NCBI GenBank assembly: GCA_938017505.1
Contig: CALIKV010000027.1
Coordinates: forward strand, 4,521-68,520
Direction: 5' to 3'
DNA: 64,000 bases
From: an uncultured Sulfolobales archaeon
GTDB taxonomy: Archaea; Thermoproteota; Thermoprotei_A; Sulfolobales; NBVN01
Part shown: piece after piece, positions 47,679-56,568 of the stretch
Position numbering within the stretch: position 1 is the first letter of the stretch
Layout: each line of letters begins with the position of its first letter
Notes under the pieces: generated by a model
The model's database searches: none
Seen by the model: the letters and a program-made list of their open reading frames with translations, nothing else
What the model was told of the DNA's origin: nothing
Program-made: the position numbers and the translations under genes

Positions 47679-48713
47679 GTGAGCAAACCCTTGAGGGTTG
47701 TTCTCTATGGAGTTGGTCCTATAGGATCCCTTATAGCTAGGTTGCTGAATTCTAAGGACGGTATAGAGTTAGCTGGCGGCATCGACGTAGACCCCTCAAA
47801 AGTTGGCAAAGACTTGGGCGTTGTTATAGGGTTAGACAGGACTCTCGGAGTTAGCGTTGTTCACGATTCGCAGTCCTGGGAGTTCTTGAAATCCGTTAAG
47901 CCAGACATAGTCATCGTGTCCACAGGCACGTATTTAGATAAGATATACCCACAGATCGTTAGATCTGTGGCGGTCGGCGCTGACGTGATCTCAACTTCAG
48001 AGACTCTAGCATATCCGTGGTATAGGTACCCCGAGTTATCACTGCTCATAGATGAGTTAGCTAGAAAGAATAACGTTAGGGTTTTAGGGACTGGAGTGAA
48101 TCCAGGTTTTATGTTCGATGCGTTGCCAGCTCTCCTAACGTCCGTTAGTGCTAGGGTCGAGAAGATCTACGCTGTGAGGTCCTTAGACGCCGCTAAGAGG
48201 AGGTACTCCTTCCAGAAGAAGTGCGGCTTATCGCTAAGTCCCGAGGAGTTCAGGAGCAAAGTCGCGTTAGGCGAGATAACGGCGCACGTAGGCTACGCTG
48301 AGTCGATAATGTTGCTCAGCAGCATGTTAGGAGTGCGTATAGAGAGGATCGTTGAGGAGCAAGAGCCCGTAGTCGCCGAGAGATATGTGGAGACACAATA
48401 CTTTAAGATTGAGCCAGGTAAGGTTTCAGGCATTCATGGACGGGCTGTTGGATACGTGAACGGGACAGAGTTCATAAGGCTCGACCTCCTGGCCTCGGTT
48501 GGTAGAAAGGATTACGATGAGGTGATAATAGAAGGTGATCCTGAGATGCGTTGGCGGAATGAGTTAGGTACGCCGGGTGACGTGGCAACGGCTGCAATGG
48601 TCGTTAACGTCATTTCGCGATTAACGCGAGCACCGCCTGGACTCCTAACCATGAAAGACATCACGCTCCCGTCAGCGTATCTAGGCGATTACAGTCAAGT
48701 GTCCACCTCGTGA
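47679..48713 (+). CDS. DapB-like NAD(P)-dependent oxidoreductase (dihydrodipicolinate reductase / amine dehydrogenase family)
   Basis: LRVVLYGVGPIGSLIARLL...GIDVDPSKVGKDLG. Start moved to GTG 47679 because a TATA-like CTATATAA sits at 47640-47647. Confidence 0.55.
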   Translation: MSKPLRVVLYGVGPIGSLIARLLNSKDGIELAGGIDVDPSKVGKDLGVVIGLDRTLGVSVVHDSQSWEFLKSVKPDIVIVSTGTYLDKIYPQIVRSVAVGADVISTSETLAYPWYRYPELSLLIDELARKNNVRVLGTGVNPGFMFDALPALLTSVSARVEKIYAVRSLDAAKRRYSFQKKCGLSLSPEEFRSKVALGEITAHVGYAESIMLLSSMLGVRIERIVEEQEPVVAERYVETQYFKIEPGKVSGIHGRAVGYVNGTEFIRLDLLASVGRKDYDEVIIEGDPEMRWRNELGTPGDVATAAMVVNVISRLTRAPPGLLTMKDITLPSAYLGDYSQVSTS

Positions 48714-49007
48714 AGCTGAAGGAACAGAAGACCTTGAACGTTTCTTCATCTACTTCATCTAAAGGACTAAATCCTACTAAACGCACCCTTGCAACCGTAT
48801 TGAGCGATCAATATTGAATGGATCGTCGTGAATACATGAATGTGGACCTGAGCTAGGTTCAGGCCCCTTCCTGAAGTCGCGCACATCTGCCTCAGTGTAA
48901 CCTCATAAGTAAACACAGGCAAGAAGGAGCCTAAAATTAATGTAATACTATGTAGATTTACTAAAGCTTAATAGAAGTAGTTCTCTTTAGCGTCGGTTAG
49001 AGATAGG

Positions 49008-50048
49008 ATGGAGGAGTACTCCTTCGTGCTGGGTGAGCTGGGAAGTCTTGACGTAAGGCGTAGAGGGCTTCATGAACTCCTACTTGAGATGAGCAATACA
49101 GCGTTTCAGGGTAGGGCTTTAGGCGAGGCTTATCAGGCGCTCATATCTATGCTTAGCGATGAAGAGGCCACGATATTCCTTGGGCTAGCAGGCTCCATGA
49201 GTACCGCGGGGATGTGGAGAATCATTAAATGGTTGGTTGAGGAGAGATACGTTGACGTTGTTGTGTCAACAGGGGCCGTGATAAGCGAGGACATATTCGA
49301 GGCTATGGGCTTTAAATACCTTAAAACTCACCCCTGCGTTGACGATCGCGAGCTACTTAAGTATAAGTTCGACAGGTTTTACGATACACTGGCGAGTGAA
49401 CTAGACTACAGGAAGATGGAGGGTCTTATAAGGGAATTCGTTGAGAGCCTGCCCAATGGGTCCGCCTACTCGACAGCTGAGTTCCTGCATCTGTTTGGGA
49501 AGTTCCTGAACGAGAGGGGTGTGGACTCCGTAGTTGCAGCTGCGTACAGAGTCGGCGTTCCAGTCTTTTCACCAGCACTCGTGGACAGCGGTTATGGGAT
49601 GGCCACGCTACTGTCTTACCGTAGAGGTCACAGGATAGTCATTGACATGGTCAAGGATTTCCATCAGATAGTTGAGATCGGGAGGCTTTCAAGCAAGCTC
49701 GCAGCTGTGTACGTTGGTGGGGGAGTTCCTAAGGATTACGTCAACCTGGTAACTGTGGCCCAGACTTTAATAGGCGAGGAGGAGGGACTTCATGACCATT
49801 ATAAATCACTTGAATACGTAGTTCAATTCACGACGGACGCGCCACAGTGGGGTGGCCTGAGCGGGGCAACTCTAGAGGAGGCCGTTAGCTGGGGTAAAGT
49901 AGCCCCGAAAGCTATGAAGAAAGTAGTCTACGTGGACGCAACCATCGCCTTACCTATAGTTGCTCATGCACTGATTGACGGTGGTGTTAAAAGAACGTGT
50001 AAGTACGACTCTTCATGGATATTTAAAGAGCTTAGTGGGGTGAGGTAA
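49008..50048 (+). CDS. dys: deoxyhypusine synthase
   Basis: 346 aa. FQGRALGEA...FLGLAGSMSTAGM...VDVVVSTGAVISEDIFEA...VGGGVPKDY...WGK pattern typical of DHS. Confidence 0.8.
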   Translation: MEEYSFVLGELGSLDVRRRGLHELLLEMSNTAFQGRALGEAYQALISMLSDEEATIFLGLAGSMSTAGMWRIIKWLVEERYVDVVVSTGAVISEDIFEAMGFKYLKTHPCVDDRELLKYKFDRFYDTLASELDYRKMEGLIREFVESLPNGSAYSTAEFLHLFGKFLNERGVDSVVAAAYRVGVPVFSPALVDSGYGMATLLSYRRGHRIVIDMVKDFHQIVEIGRLSSKLAAVYVGGGVPKDYVNLVTVAQTLIGEEEGLHDHYKSLEYVVQFTTDAPQWGGLSGATLEEAVSWGKVAPKAMKKVVYVDATIALPIVAHALIDGGVKRTCKYDSSWIFKELSGVR

Positions 50049-50435
50049 ATGAGAGAAGGCAACGACTTCGTAGTTGGTAAGCACTACTACGCTAACCTAT
50101 ATGACGTAGACTTAAGCGCTGCCGCCAATGAGGAAGGACTTAGGAAAGTCGTCGTTGAAGCCGCTAAGGCGTCTAACATGAAGTTAGTTGAGGTTAAGTC
50201 ATGGAGGTTCGGTGGAAGGAAGGGAGGGGTATCAGTAATCGCACTTGTCGAGGAATCACATATAGCCATCCACACTTGGGTTGAGTACGAGTACGCCACA
50301 GTTGATGTCTACACATGCGGCAATCAAAGCGACCCTCTTAAAGGAATCGAACTTATAATAGAGTACATGAAGCCGAGGAGGTATAAGCTAGCATACGCAG
50401 ATAGATCACAGAGAGTTGAAGAGCAGTCTCAGTGA
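50049..50435 (+). CDS. speH: pyruvoyl-dependent S-adenosylmethionine decarboxylase proenzyme
   Basis: 128 aa. Self-cleavage/active-site context EESHIAIHTW and VDVYTCG. ATG immediately follows the DHS stop. Confidence 0.85.
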   Translation: MREGNDFVVGKHYYANLYDVDLSAAANEEGLRKVVVEAAKASNMKLVEVKSWRFGGRKGGVSVIALVEESHIAIHTWVEYEYATVDVYTCGNQSDPLKGIELIIEYMKPRRYKLAYADRSQRVEEQSQ

Positions 50436-51151
50436 CACCTGCGCTTCAGGGTCATCACTTTAAGTCCCACGTTTCTCGCGTTCTCTAAAACGGCTTCAGA
50501 AGCATCAATCGCCACGAGGCCGTAAATCCTCATCCGGGCTCTACTTAGAATCTCTGAAACGCCTCTTAACTTACTTAGTTCCTCCAGAGCTATGTCAACT
50601 AACAGTACTGTTGACCTATCCTTCAGACAGCTTTTAGGTAGTGCAATGAACTTAATCCCGTTATCGTCTGTATAGTAGGTTACAGCATAGCCTTTCCTAT
50701 CCTGAATCGGCCTTTCTATAAAGGGACATATAGCGCTCAACAACTCAGTGGCCAGGTAGCTACTCAGGATCATCGCCCCAGAGGATATAGGCATTACCAA
50801 GTCTATCTTGGCATCCCCAACGAAGATTTCAGCTACGTAGGAGAACAGTTTGAGGAAGCCTGGTCTACTCAACACGTTCACCGGGTTTTCTCTGAACTCC
50901 CTAATTGACTCATCCACTAATTTATCGATAATTCTTAACTCACTTACTTTGCTGATTATCTTGGCCACGGTCTTCTCTTCAGGCACAGCAACCAAATTCA
51001 CGTACTTCCATATGGTCTGGGCTGGTAAGTCAAGAATCTTCTCTATATCTCTTAAACTGTAGTAATGCCTCATTATGTTAAGTATTTTTAGGGCATAGGC
51101 CTTGCCCACGTCCCTATGAACCTTTCTGCCCTTCCCCAGAGGCTCAATCAC
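50429..51151 (-). CDS. HTH protein with a degenerate phosphoribosyltransferase-like C-domain
   Basis: N-terminal HTH-like SLRDIEKILDLPAQTIWKYV. The C-terminal TVLLVDIALEE resembles a PRPP loop that has lost its acidic/Thr-Gly residues. Assignment is tentative. Confidence 0.4.
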   Translation of the reverse strand: MIEPLGKGRKVHRDVGKAYALKILNIMRHYYSLRDIEKILDLPAQTIWKYVNLVAVPEEKTVAKIISKVSELRIIDKLVDESIREFRENPVNVLSRPGFLKLFSYVAEIFVGDAKIDLVMPISSGAMILSSYLATELLSAICPFIERPIQDRKGYAVTYYTDDNGIKFIALPKSCLKDRSTVLLVDIALEELSKLRGVSEILSRARMRIYGLVAIDASEAVLENARNVGLKVMTLKRRCH

Positions 51152-51375
51152 TTTACATCAAGTAGATTCTGGGTCTAAAACTAAATAAAAACACACAGAT
51201 CGCTTCGCTTATGATAACTGCTTACCACCAGACGCCTGTTCCAGCCTAAAATGACTGTTGCGCTATATCTTATAGGCTCTTTCGAAGGTTCTTAAACGAT
51301 CTTTTGCGATCTAAAATAAGGAAAAAAGTTATTAATTTATAAGGAAGTCTTAGTTAATATATTGGTGGCACTACA

Positions 51376-52599
51376 TTGGCTAAGAGTAGTGTCCAATACA
51401 AGTTTCTGTTAGCCATAGCGCTAGGCTTCATACTCGGCATACTCATCGGTTGGGTTGTGAGTGCTACCGCACCCGCGGACTTACAGAAGACCTTAAGCAT
51501 GTGGTTCAAGGCGTTCGGCGATATATTTGTTAGGTTAATCAGGATAGCAATACCGCCGCTGATATTCTTCACCATAGCGGCCGCCACGGCGTCGATAGCT
51601 GACGCTAGGAAGCTCGGTAGGATCTTGGCGTACATGCTCGTACTATACATCGTAACGACTATTGCCTCTGCTGTGTGGGGCGTTATAGGCGCCTCAGTGG
51701 TGATGCCCGGCGCCGGTTTGAACCTCACCACGCAACAGCCACCGCCAACACCTCCTTCAGGCATTGACATACTGCTCTCGTTCTTCCAGACTGACTTCAG
51801 TTCGTTGCTGGTGGTAGGCGGTGCGATGACCATGATCATCTTTGCCATCATCCTGGGTCTGGCGGTGGCGTTCCTCGGTGAGGAGGGCAGGAAGGTGGCT
51901 AATATACTCTCACTCGGATCTAGAACCATGATAGGGTTCGTAAGGATTATAATGTACTACGCACCAATAGCTGTCTTCATGTACGCTGCCTGGTTAATGA
52001 TAGTGTACGGACCTCAGATGCTTGGAGCGTATGCTAAGTTCCTGGGGACACAGTACGCCTTAACGCTCTTCCACTTCTTCGTCATATACTCCATAATAGT
52101 GAGTGCAGGAGGCCTTAGCCCAGTAAAGTACTTTAAAGCACAGTTCTATCCGTTTGTGTTAGCGTTCACAACTAGGTCTTCAGCGGTCTCGCTACCGGCT
52201 AACATGGAAGCTGCTAGGAGGATGGGCATACCGGAGGAGGTCTATGGCGTGACTTTACCTATAGGAGCTACCGTTAACATGGACGGGACAGCGCTCTATC
52301 AGGTCATGAGCGCGATCTTCGTCGCTCAACTATTCAACATCCCTCTAATGCCCTATCACTATGCGTTATTAGTGTTTGCCGCTCTAATAGGCTCCGTGGC
52401 CACAGCCGCGATCCCCGGCGGCGGCACGATAATGCTTGCCTACGTACTAGCTGTCATGGGACTGCCGCTTGAAGGGGTTGGTATAATGCTGGTTATAGAT
52501 CCCATAGCGGACGCCATAAGAACGGCCATTAATCTATCCGGTGACAACGCCTGTACGGTACTGGTGACAAAGCTCATGGGTCTTAAGCTTAGATCCTAA
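51376..52599 (+). CDS. dicarboxylate/amino acid:cation symporter (GltP/GltPh family)
   Basis: TRSSAVSLP (HP1-like), NMDGTALYQ and AAIPGGG (HP2-like) motifs. TTG start. Confidence 0.85.
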   Translation: MAKSSVQYKFLLAIALGFILGILIGWVVSATAPADLQKTLSMWFKAFGDIFVRLIRIAIPPLIFFTIAAATASIADARKLGRILAYMLVLYIVTTIASAVWGVIGASVVMPGAGLNLTTQQPPPTPPSGIDILLSFFQTDFSSLLVVGGAMTMIIFAIILGLAVAFLGEEGRKVANILSLGSRTMIGFVRIIMYYAPIAVFMYAAWLMIVYGPQMLGAYAKFLGTQYALTLFHFFVIYSIIVSAGGLSPVKYFKAQFYPFVLAFTTRSSAVSLPANMEAARRMGIPEEVYGVTLPIGATVNMDGTALYQVMSAIFVAQLFNIPLMPYHYALLVFAALIGSVATAAIPGGGTIMLAYVLAVMGLPLEGVGIMLVIDPIADAIRTAINLSGDNACTVLVTKLMGLKLRS

Positions 52600-52696
52600 T
52601 ATTTTCCATCTTAATTTTTAATATAATTACCTCATGTAGTTGTTTTAGGTTTCATGTCGGTTGATAACAGCGCCCTCGATCTCCTAGCTATGAAGG

Positions 52697-52843
52697 ATGA
52701 GAGCCTTATCGTGGCTTAAGGTCTTGCTTACAGTATTAGAGGATCGTTATAATCATTCTGTAAGGAATTCCAGCAATATATCAACTACAACCCTAAGGCG
52801 TTACGAGATTAATAACTACACGTCGAGAATAATTAGGGAGTAG
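52697..52843 (+). CDS. candidate 48-aa winged-helix-like sORF, possibly the displaced N-terminus of the next ORF
   Basis: MRALSWLKVLLTVLEDRYNHSVRNSSNISTTTLRRYEINNYTSRIIRE*. The stop lies 2 nt before TTG 52846, in another frame. Confidence 0.25.
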   Translation: MRALSWLKVLLTVLEDRYNHSVRNSSNISTTTLRRYEINNYTSRIIRE

Positions 52844-52845
52844 GC

Positions 52846-53208
52846 TTGAATTTGAAGAGGATTGATGAACCGAGGGAACTTAAGCATATGATTAAGGAAC
52901 TCAGTAAGGTTCTTGGGGAGGGTAGGAGCGGGTCTAGAGGCGCTTTAGTCTACAATAAATTGCCTCAATACATTTGGAGTGTTTGGGGTGATGATCTTAA
53001 GAAGCAGGGCATTACATGGAGGGAGTTCCTCAGTATAATCAGCAGGAACTCAGATCTAATTGCTGAGTGGGCTGTAAGTGAGAGGATCTCTTGGGATGGG
53101 CTTCTCGGCAAGCTTGAAGAGTCTCTAGTGAGTTATGGTAAGGCAGGGGTTGAGGGTAGGCAGACGCTTGACAGATTCATCGTCAGAGAGGGTCGCCGGC
53201 TTAAATAG
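52846..53208 (+). CDS. hypothetical protein
   Basis: 120-aa ORF with a TTG start. No recognisable motif. Confidence 0.4.
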   Translation: MNLKRIDEPRELKHMIKELSKVLGEGRSGSRGALVYNKLPQYIWSVWGDDLKKQGITWREFLSIISRNSDLIAEWAVSERISWDGLLGKLEESLVSYGKAGVEGRQTLDRFIVREGRRLK

Positions 53209-53339
53209 CTCTGTGGCGTATTCCAACCGGTGATGAGTTTTAAATCCCTGATGAGTGATGTTGTGGCGGCTGTCTGAAGCCATCAGCTTATCTCTCTGAT
53301 TCTTATTATCCTTAGGCCGATAATTAATGGACTGGATTG

Positions 53340-53830
53340 ACGTTATTCAGAAAGCCTCAGGGATCCTCGTCGAGAAAAAGGATGAGGTGAGGTTGATCCT
53401 TGCTTCTATTCTTGGCTGAGAGAGTTCCCGGCATAGCTAGGAATCTATCAAGTTGAGCCTCGGGCAACGGGAAGACCCCTCAAATTCAATAGGGTTCTGA
53501 GTCGCTAGGACTATGAAAGGCTTCTCCAAGGGAAGCTCTGTCCCTCAATGCTAACCTGCCTCTCCTGCATGGCCTCAAGTAACGCCGACTGAGTCCTTGG
53601 AGACCCTCGATTAATCTTATCAACGAGCAGGACGTTCGTGAATACAGGCCCTTTTTAAGTACGAAGGAAGCCTGCCTAGCGTCGTACACGTAACCGCCTA
53701 TAATGTCCGTCGGCAACAGATCAGGAGTCATGAACTCTCTTGAATTCCAGCCCAAGGAGCTTGGCCACGTTTTTAGCCATTAAGGTCTTAGCTAACGTCA
53801 TGAGGAGAGCCGGAGGTTTGCGTTTCACCG
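53340..53830 (-). pseudogene. MoxR-type AAA+ ATPase remnant with multiple frameshifts and truncated ends
   Basis: Three different minus-strand frames give the following pieces: AKTLMAKNVAKLLGLEFKRV / EFMTPDLLPTDIIGGYVYD...[40 protein letters not shown] / [19 protein letters not shown] / FPLPEAQLDRF. The Walker A Lys is not intact. Confidence 0.7.
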
Positions 53831-53970
53831 ACCTCACCTTAATGGTGATTGCATGGTTAAGTATATCGTCCGCATCAGTTCTGGTAATTCTTTCAGGCGC
53901 TACCGCACTAGTTTGTGCTTTCTGGAGAGTCTTCATAATTTCTGTTTTCATAGCGTCCTATAAGGCTTTC
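53818..53970 (+). pseudogene. N-terminal fragment paralogous to the EamA transporter gene at 29264-30142
   Basis: LRFTDLTLMVIAWLSISSASVLVILSGATALVCAFWRVFI... versus MSLRYSSLMLIAWVSISSSSVLVLLSGSTAIVCAFWRVFI... About 70 percent identity by eye over about 45 aa. No remainder of the transporter follows. Confidence 0.65.
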
Positions 53971-54093
53971 ACGGAAGTGGTGAGGCGTCGTGAAGTAAGC
54001 CCAACTAATCCCTCAATGTATTTAAGAGCTGCCGCGGCAGGTGTTTCACGAAGTTATTCAAGGTTGGGTGAATTGAGTGAAGAATTTGAGGGA

Positions 54094-54913
54094 ATGCTCG
54101 TTAGGACTTCTCGAGATGCTTTGGTTGTCTTTGTAGGTAATTTCTTATCTACTCTTTTACTGGCTGTTTCCGCCGTAATAGTTGCTAGTTACTACAGCCG
54201 GAAAACTACGGGATTTACTCAGCATCTCTAGTAGCTTCCAGCGTCTTACTACTCTTCATAGATTTCGGGATTGACTCAGCGCTCGCGAAGTATGTTTCTA
54301 AATTTAATGTCTTGAAGAAAGGGGAAATAGTGAAGGAAGTAGTTGTTAAGAGTCTTACGCTTAAGCTCTTCATCGTCTCCGTTATTTCAGTTATGAATTA
54401 CTTATTCGCGCTTGAGCTCTCCACGATCCTGGCTGAGAGACCTGAACTCAGCTACTACGTTAGCTTGACAGCCGTCCTCACCTTTTCTACGGCTCTAATG
54501 AACTCTTCCCTCTCAGTAATTACTGCTTTAGGACGTATGAAGTTGAGGTCCTCCATCATGGTTATGCAGTCCTTAGTGAAGCTCTTGTTAAGTCCTTTGC
54601 TGGTTTTTGTGGGTTTAGGAGTGCTTGGTGCTCTGCTCGGGCACATAGTGAGTTATGTGGTGTCCTGTGCTGCCGGGCTCCTAGTAATACTTAACTACAT
54701 TAGGTTTAGGAAATCTCGTGAGGGCATTGGAGGTCGTCAGACCTGATAAGGTTTGGTTTGCCGCTATACCTATCAAGTCTGTTAAGCGCTGCTCTACAGA
54801 GATTCCAGTACGTCATGTTAGCTAAGTACTCGGCAAGGAGGAATGACCTAATGAGCCTCCACGTGTTCTCAGGAAGTAATCACACGTACGTATATCCTGT
54901 AAGGGGGCTATAA
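54094..54913 (+). pseudogene. Wzx/MOP-type polysaccharide flippase remnant (frameshifted, 3'-truncated)
   Basis: Frame 1 gives MLVRTSRDALVVFVGNFLSTLLLAVSAVIVA. A shift near 54186 gives LLQPENYGIYSASLVASSVLLLFIDFGIDSALAKYVS... up to TGA 54744. A third frame gives LIRFGLPLYLSSLLSAALQRFQYVML. Only about half of a normal flippase length is present. Confidence 0.6.
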
Positions 54914-55323
54914 AGCATATCAACTAATCACAAGAGCTCTCGCTGAAATACCTTTTAACCCTGAACTCCTCAGCTCTGTGACTCACTATACGCCGAGGGA
55001 GATCATCAACAAAGCGTATCAGTACTTGCCTAGGGATAGGTCGATACTCCTATTACTGTCTACCTCCTCACTTTATAGCAATACATACACCACAGCTTCT
55101 AGACGCCCTAAGCTTCATTTCAAGTAGAGGGCACGTCCCCTACATACTGACGCCTCTCACCCAAGCTTACGAGGTTAAAGGACTTCCTGAATGGGGTAGA
55201 GCACTCTACAGGTTAAAGACCTTCGAGGCGCTGAGGAACGAGCTAAGCAATATAGAGAAGGTAAAGAACGCTGGAGTGCCCGTAATAGCTATGGGGCCTG
55301 AGAACTTAGTGACTGAGGTGTAA
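54903..55323 (+). pseudogene. start-less, frameshifted remnant of an unidentified gene
   Basis: Two frames read ...ITRALAEIPFNPELLSSVTHYTPREIINKAYQYLPRDRSILLLLSTSS / PHFIAIHTPQLLDALSFISSRGHVPYILTPLTQAYEVKGLPEWGRALYRLKTFEALRNELSNIEKVKNAGVPVIAMGPENLVTEV*. There is no start codon in the first frame. Confidence 0.4.
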
Positions 55324-55389
55324 CCCGTTTAGAGATGATGAGATCCTAGGATCTATAACTGTTCTGAAGCACTAGGTAATAAAACCGTT

Positions 55390-55430
55390 GCCGGGTGGTT
55401 AGTGTTTTGTGTCTGCCATCCCACCCCGGC
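55390..55430 (+). other. tRNA-end-like hairpin (possible tRNA remnant or old att site)
   Basis: GCCGGGTGG-(22 nt)-CCACCCCGGC. The 3' arm ...ATCCCACCCCGGC resembles a T-stem/acceptor 3' end and the 5' arm an acceptor/D start. No D, anticodon or T loop lies between them. Confidence 0.25.
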
Positions 55431-55583
55431 TTTAAACACTTCATGAGACTCGCCTCATCTCGGGCACGCCACACATGACAAACCATCTAAACCACTACGC
55501 ACCCTAACCCCTACATTAAGGGGCAAAGTCTTCAGTTGTAAAGCTTATTTCCCTTTGACGCGTTAATCTAGTGTGAGATAGTC

Positions 55584-56510
55584 ATGACGCCTCTAGTCGG
55601 TAAGGACATAGTCTCAGCATTCGATTTCGAGAGGGCTGATCTACTCAGGCTCTTTAAGCTAGCTGACGGACTTAGAGGGGAGATAGAGGCTAGGGGGACT
55701 CTGGATTATGGTAGAGGTAAGGTGATGATCACGGCATTCTTCGAGCCGAGCACCAGGACTAAGATAAGCTTTCAATTTGCAATGGTTAGGTTAGGCGGGG
55801 TTGTCGTCGATTTCATTGAGGAGGTTTCAAGCCTTAAGAAAGGCGAGACCGAGGAAGACACCATGCGCATCCTTGACGGCTACGGTCCTGACGTGATTGT
55901 GATCAGACACAGCAGGCCATTCTTCCCTCACAGTGTTAAGGACTTTGTTAAGGCACCTATATTAAGCGGTGGTGACGGTACTAATGAACACCCCACGCAG
56001 GCGTTACTAGACGTCTACACCATGTGGAGGGAGTTTGGAAGGGTTGACGGGCTTACCGTGGGCGTGATGGGCGATCTAAAGTACGGTAGGACGATACCCT
56101 CCCTTTCATACATGTTAACCAGGTTTAACGACGTTACTGTGTACTATATAGCACCCAAGCAACTCCAAGTTAGGGAGGAAATACTTAAGAAAGTTGAGGG
56201 AAGGATTGAGTATCACATGATCGAGAACGTTGAAGATGTCATCGAGAAATTAGACGTCCTCTACGTGACTAGACTGCAGAAAGAGAGGTTCGAGGATCCT
56301 CAGGAGTATGAGAGACTTAAGGGTACCTACGTAATCTCGAGAGGCCTTCTAGAGAGACATGGAAAGATCCCTGTAATAATGCACCCACTACCCAGAGTAT
56401 GGGAGATAACCACAGACGTTGACGACCTGCCTCAGGCTAAGTACTTCGAGCAAGCAAGGAACGGCATGTACGTGAGAGCCGCGTTACTTAAGGAGGTCTT
56501 AGGGATCTAA
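55584..56510 (+). CDS. pyrB: aspartate carbamoyltransferase catalytic subunit
   Basis: FFEPSTRTKISF carbamoyl-phosphate motif, HPTQALLD, MHPLPRV. Confidence 0.9.
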   Translation: MTPLVGKDIVSAFDFERADLLRLFKLADGLRGEIEARGTLDYGRGKVMITAFFEPSTRTKISFQFAMVRLGGVVVDFIEEVSSLKKGETEEDTMRILDGYGPDVIVIRHSRPFFPHSVKDFVKAPILSGGDGTNEHPTQALLDVYTMWREFGRVDGLTVGVMGDLKYGRTIPSLSYMLTRFNDVTVYYIAPKQLQVREEILKKVEGRIEYHMIENVEDVIEKLDVLYVTRLQKERFEDPQEYERLKGTYVISRGLLERHGKIPVIMHPLPRVWEITTDVDDLPQAKYFEQARNGMYVRAALLKEVLGI

Positions 56511-56568
56511 ACCTAGTTTGTTTTAACTATAACTGTTTGTCCAGATATTCGTTGATGTCCTTTTGTTT

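Noticed and set aside
51354-51929. 191-aa minus-strand ORF
   Set aside because: It is antisense to the GltP-type transporter, which has clear family motifs. Neither a start context nor a motif is present.
53327-53458. Plus-strand reading of a MoxR-like N-terminus (MDWIDVIQKASGILVEKKDEVRLILASILG* then AERVPGIARN)
   Set aside because: It overlaps the much stronger minus-strand match PLPEAQLDRF on the same bases. It cannot be distinguished from chance by eye and is only mentioned under the MoxR finding.
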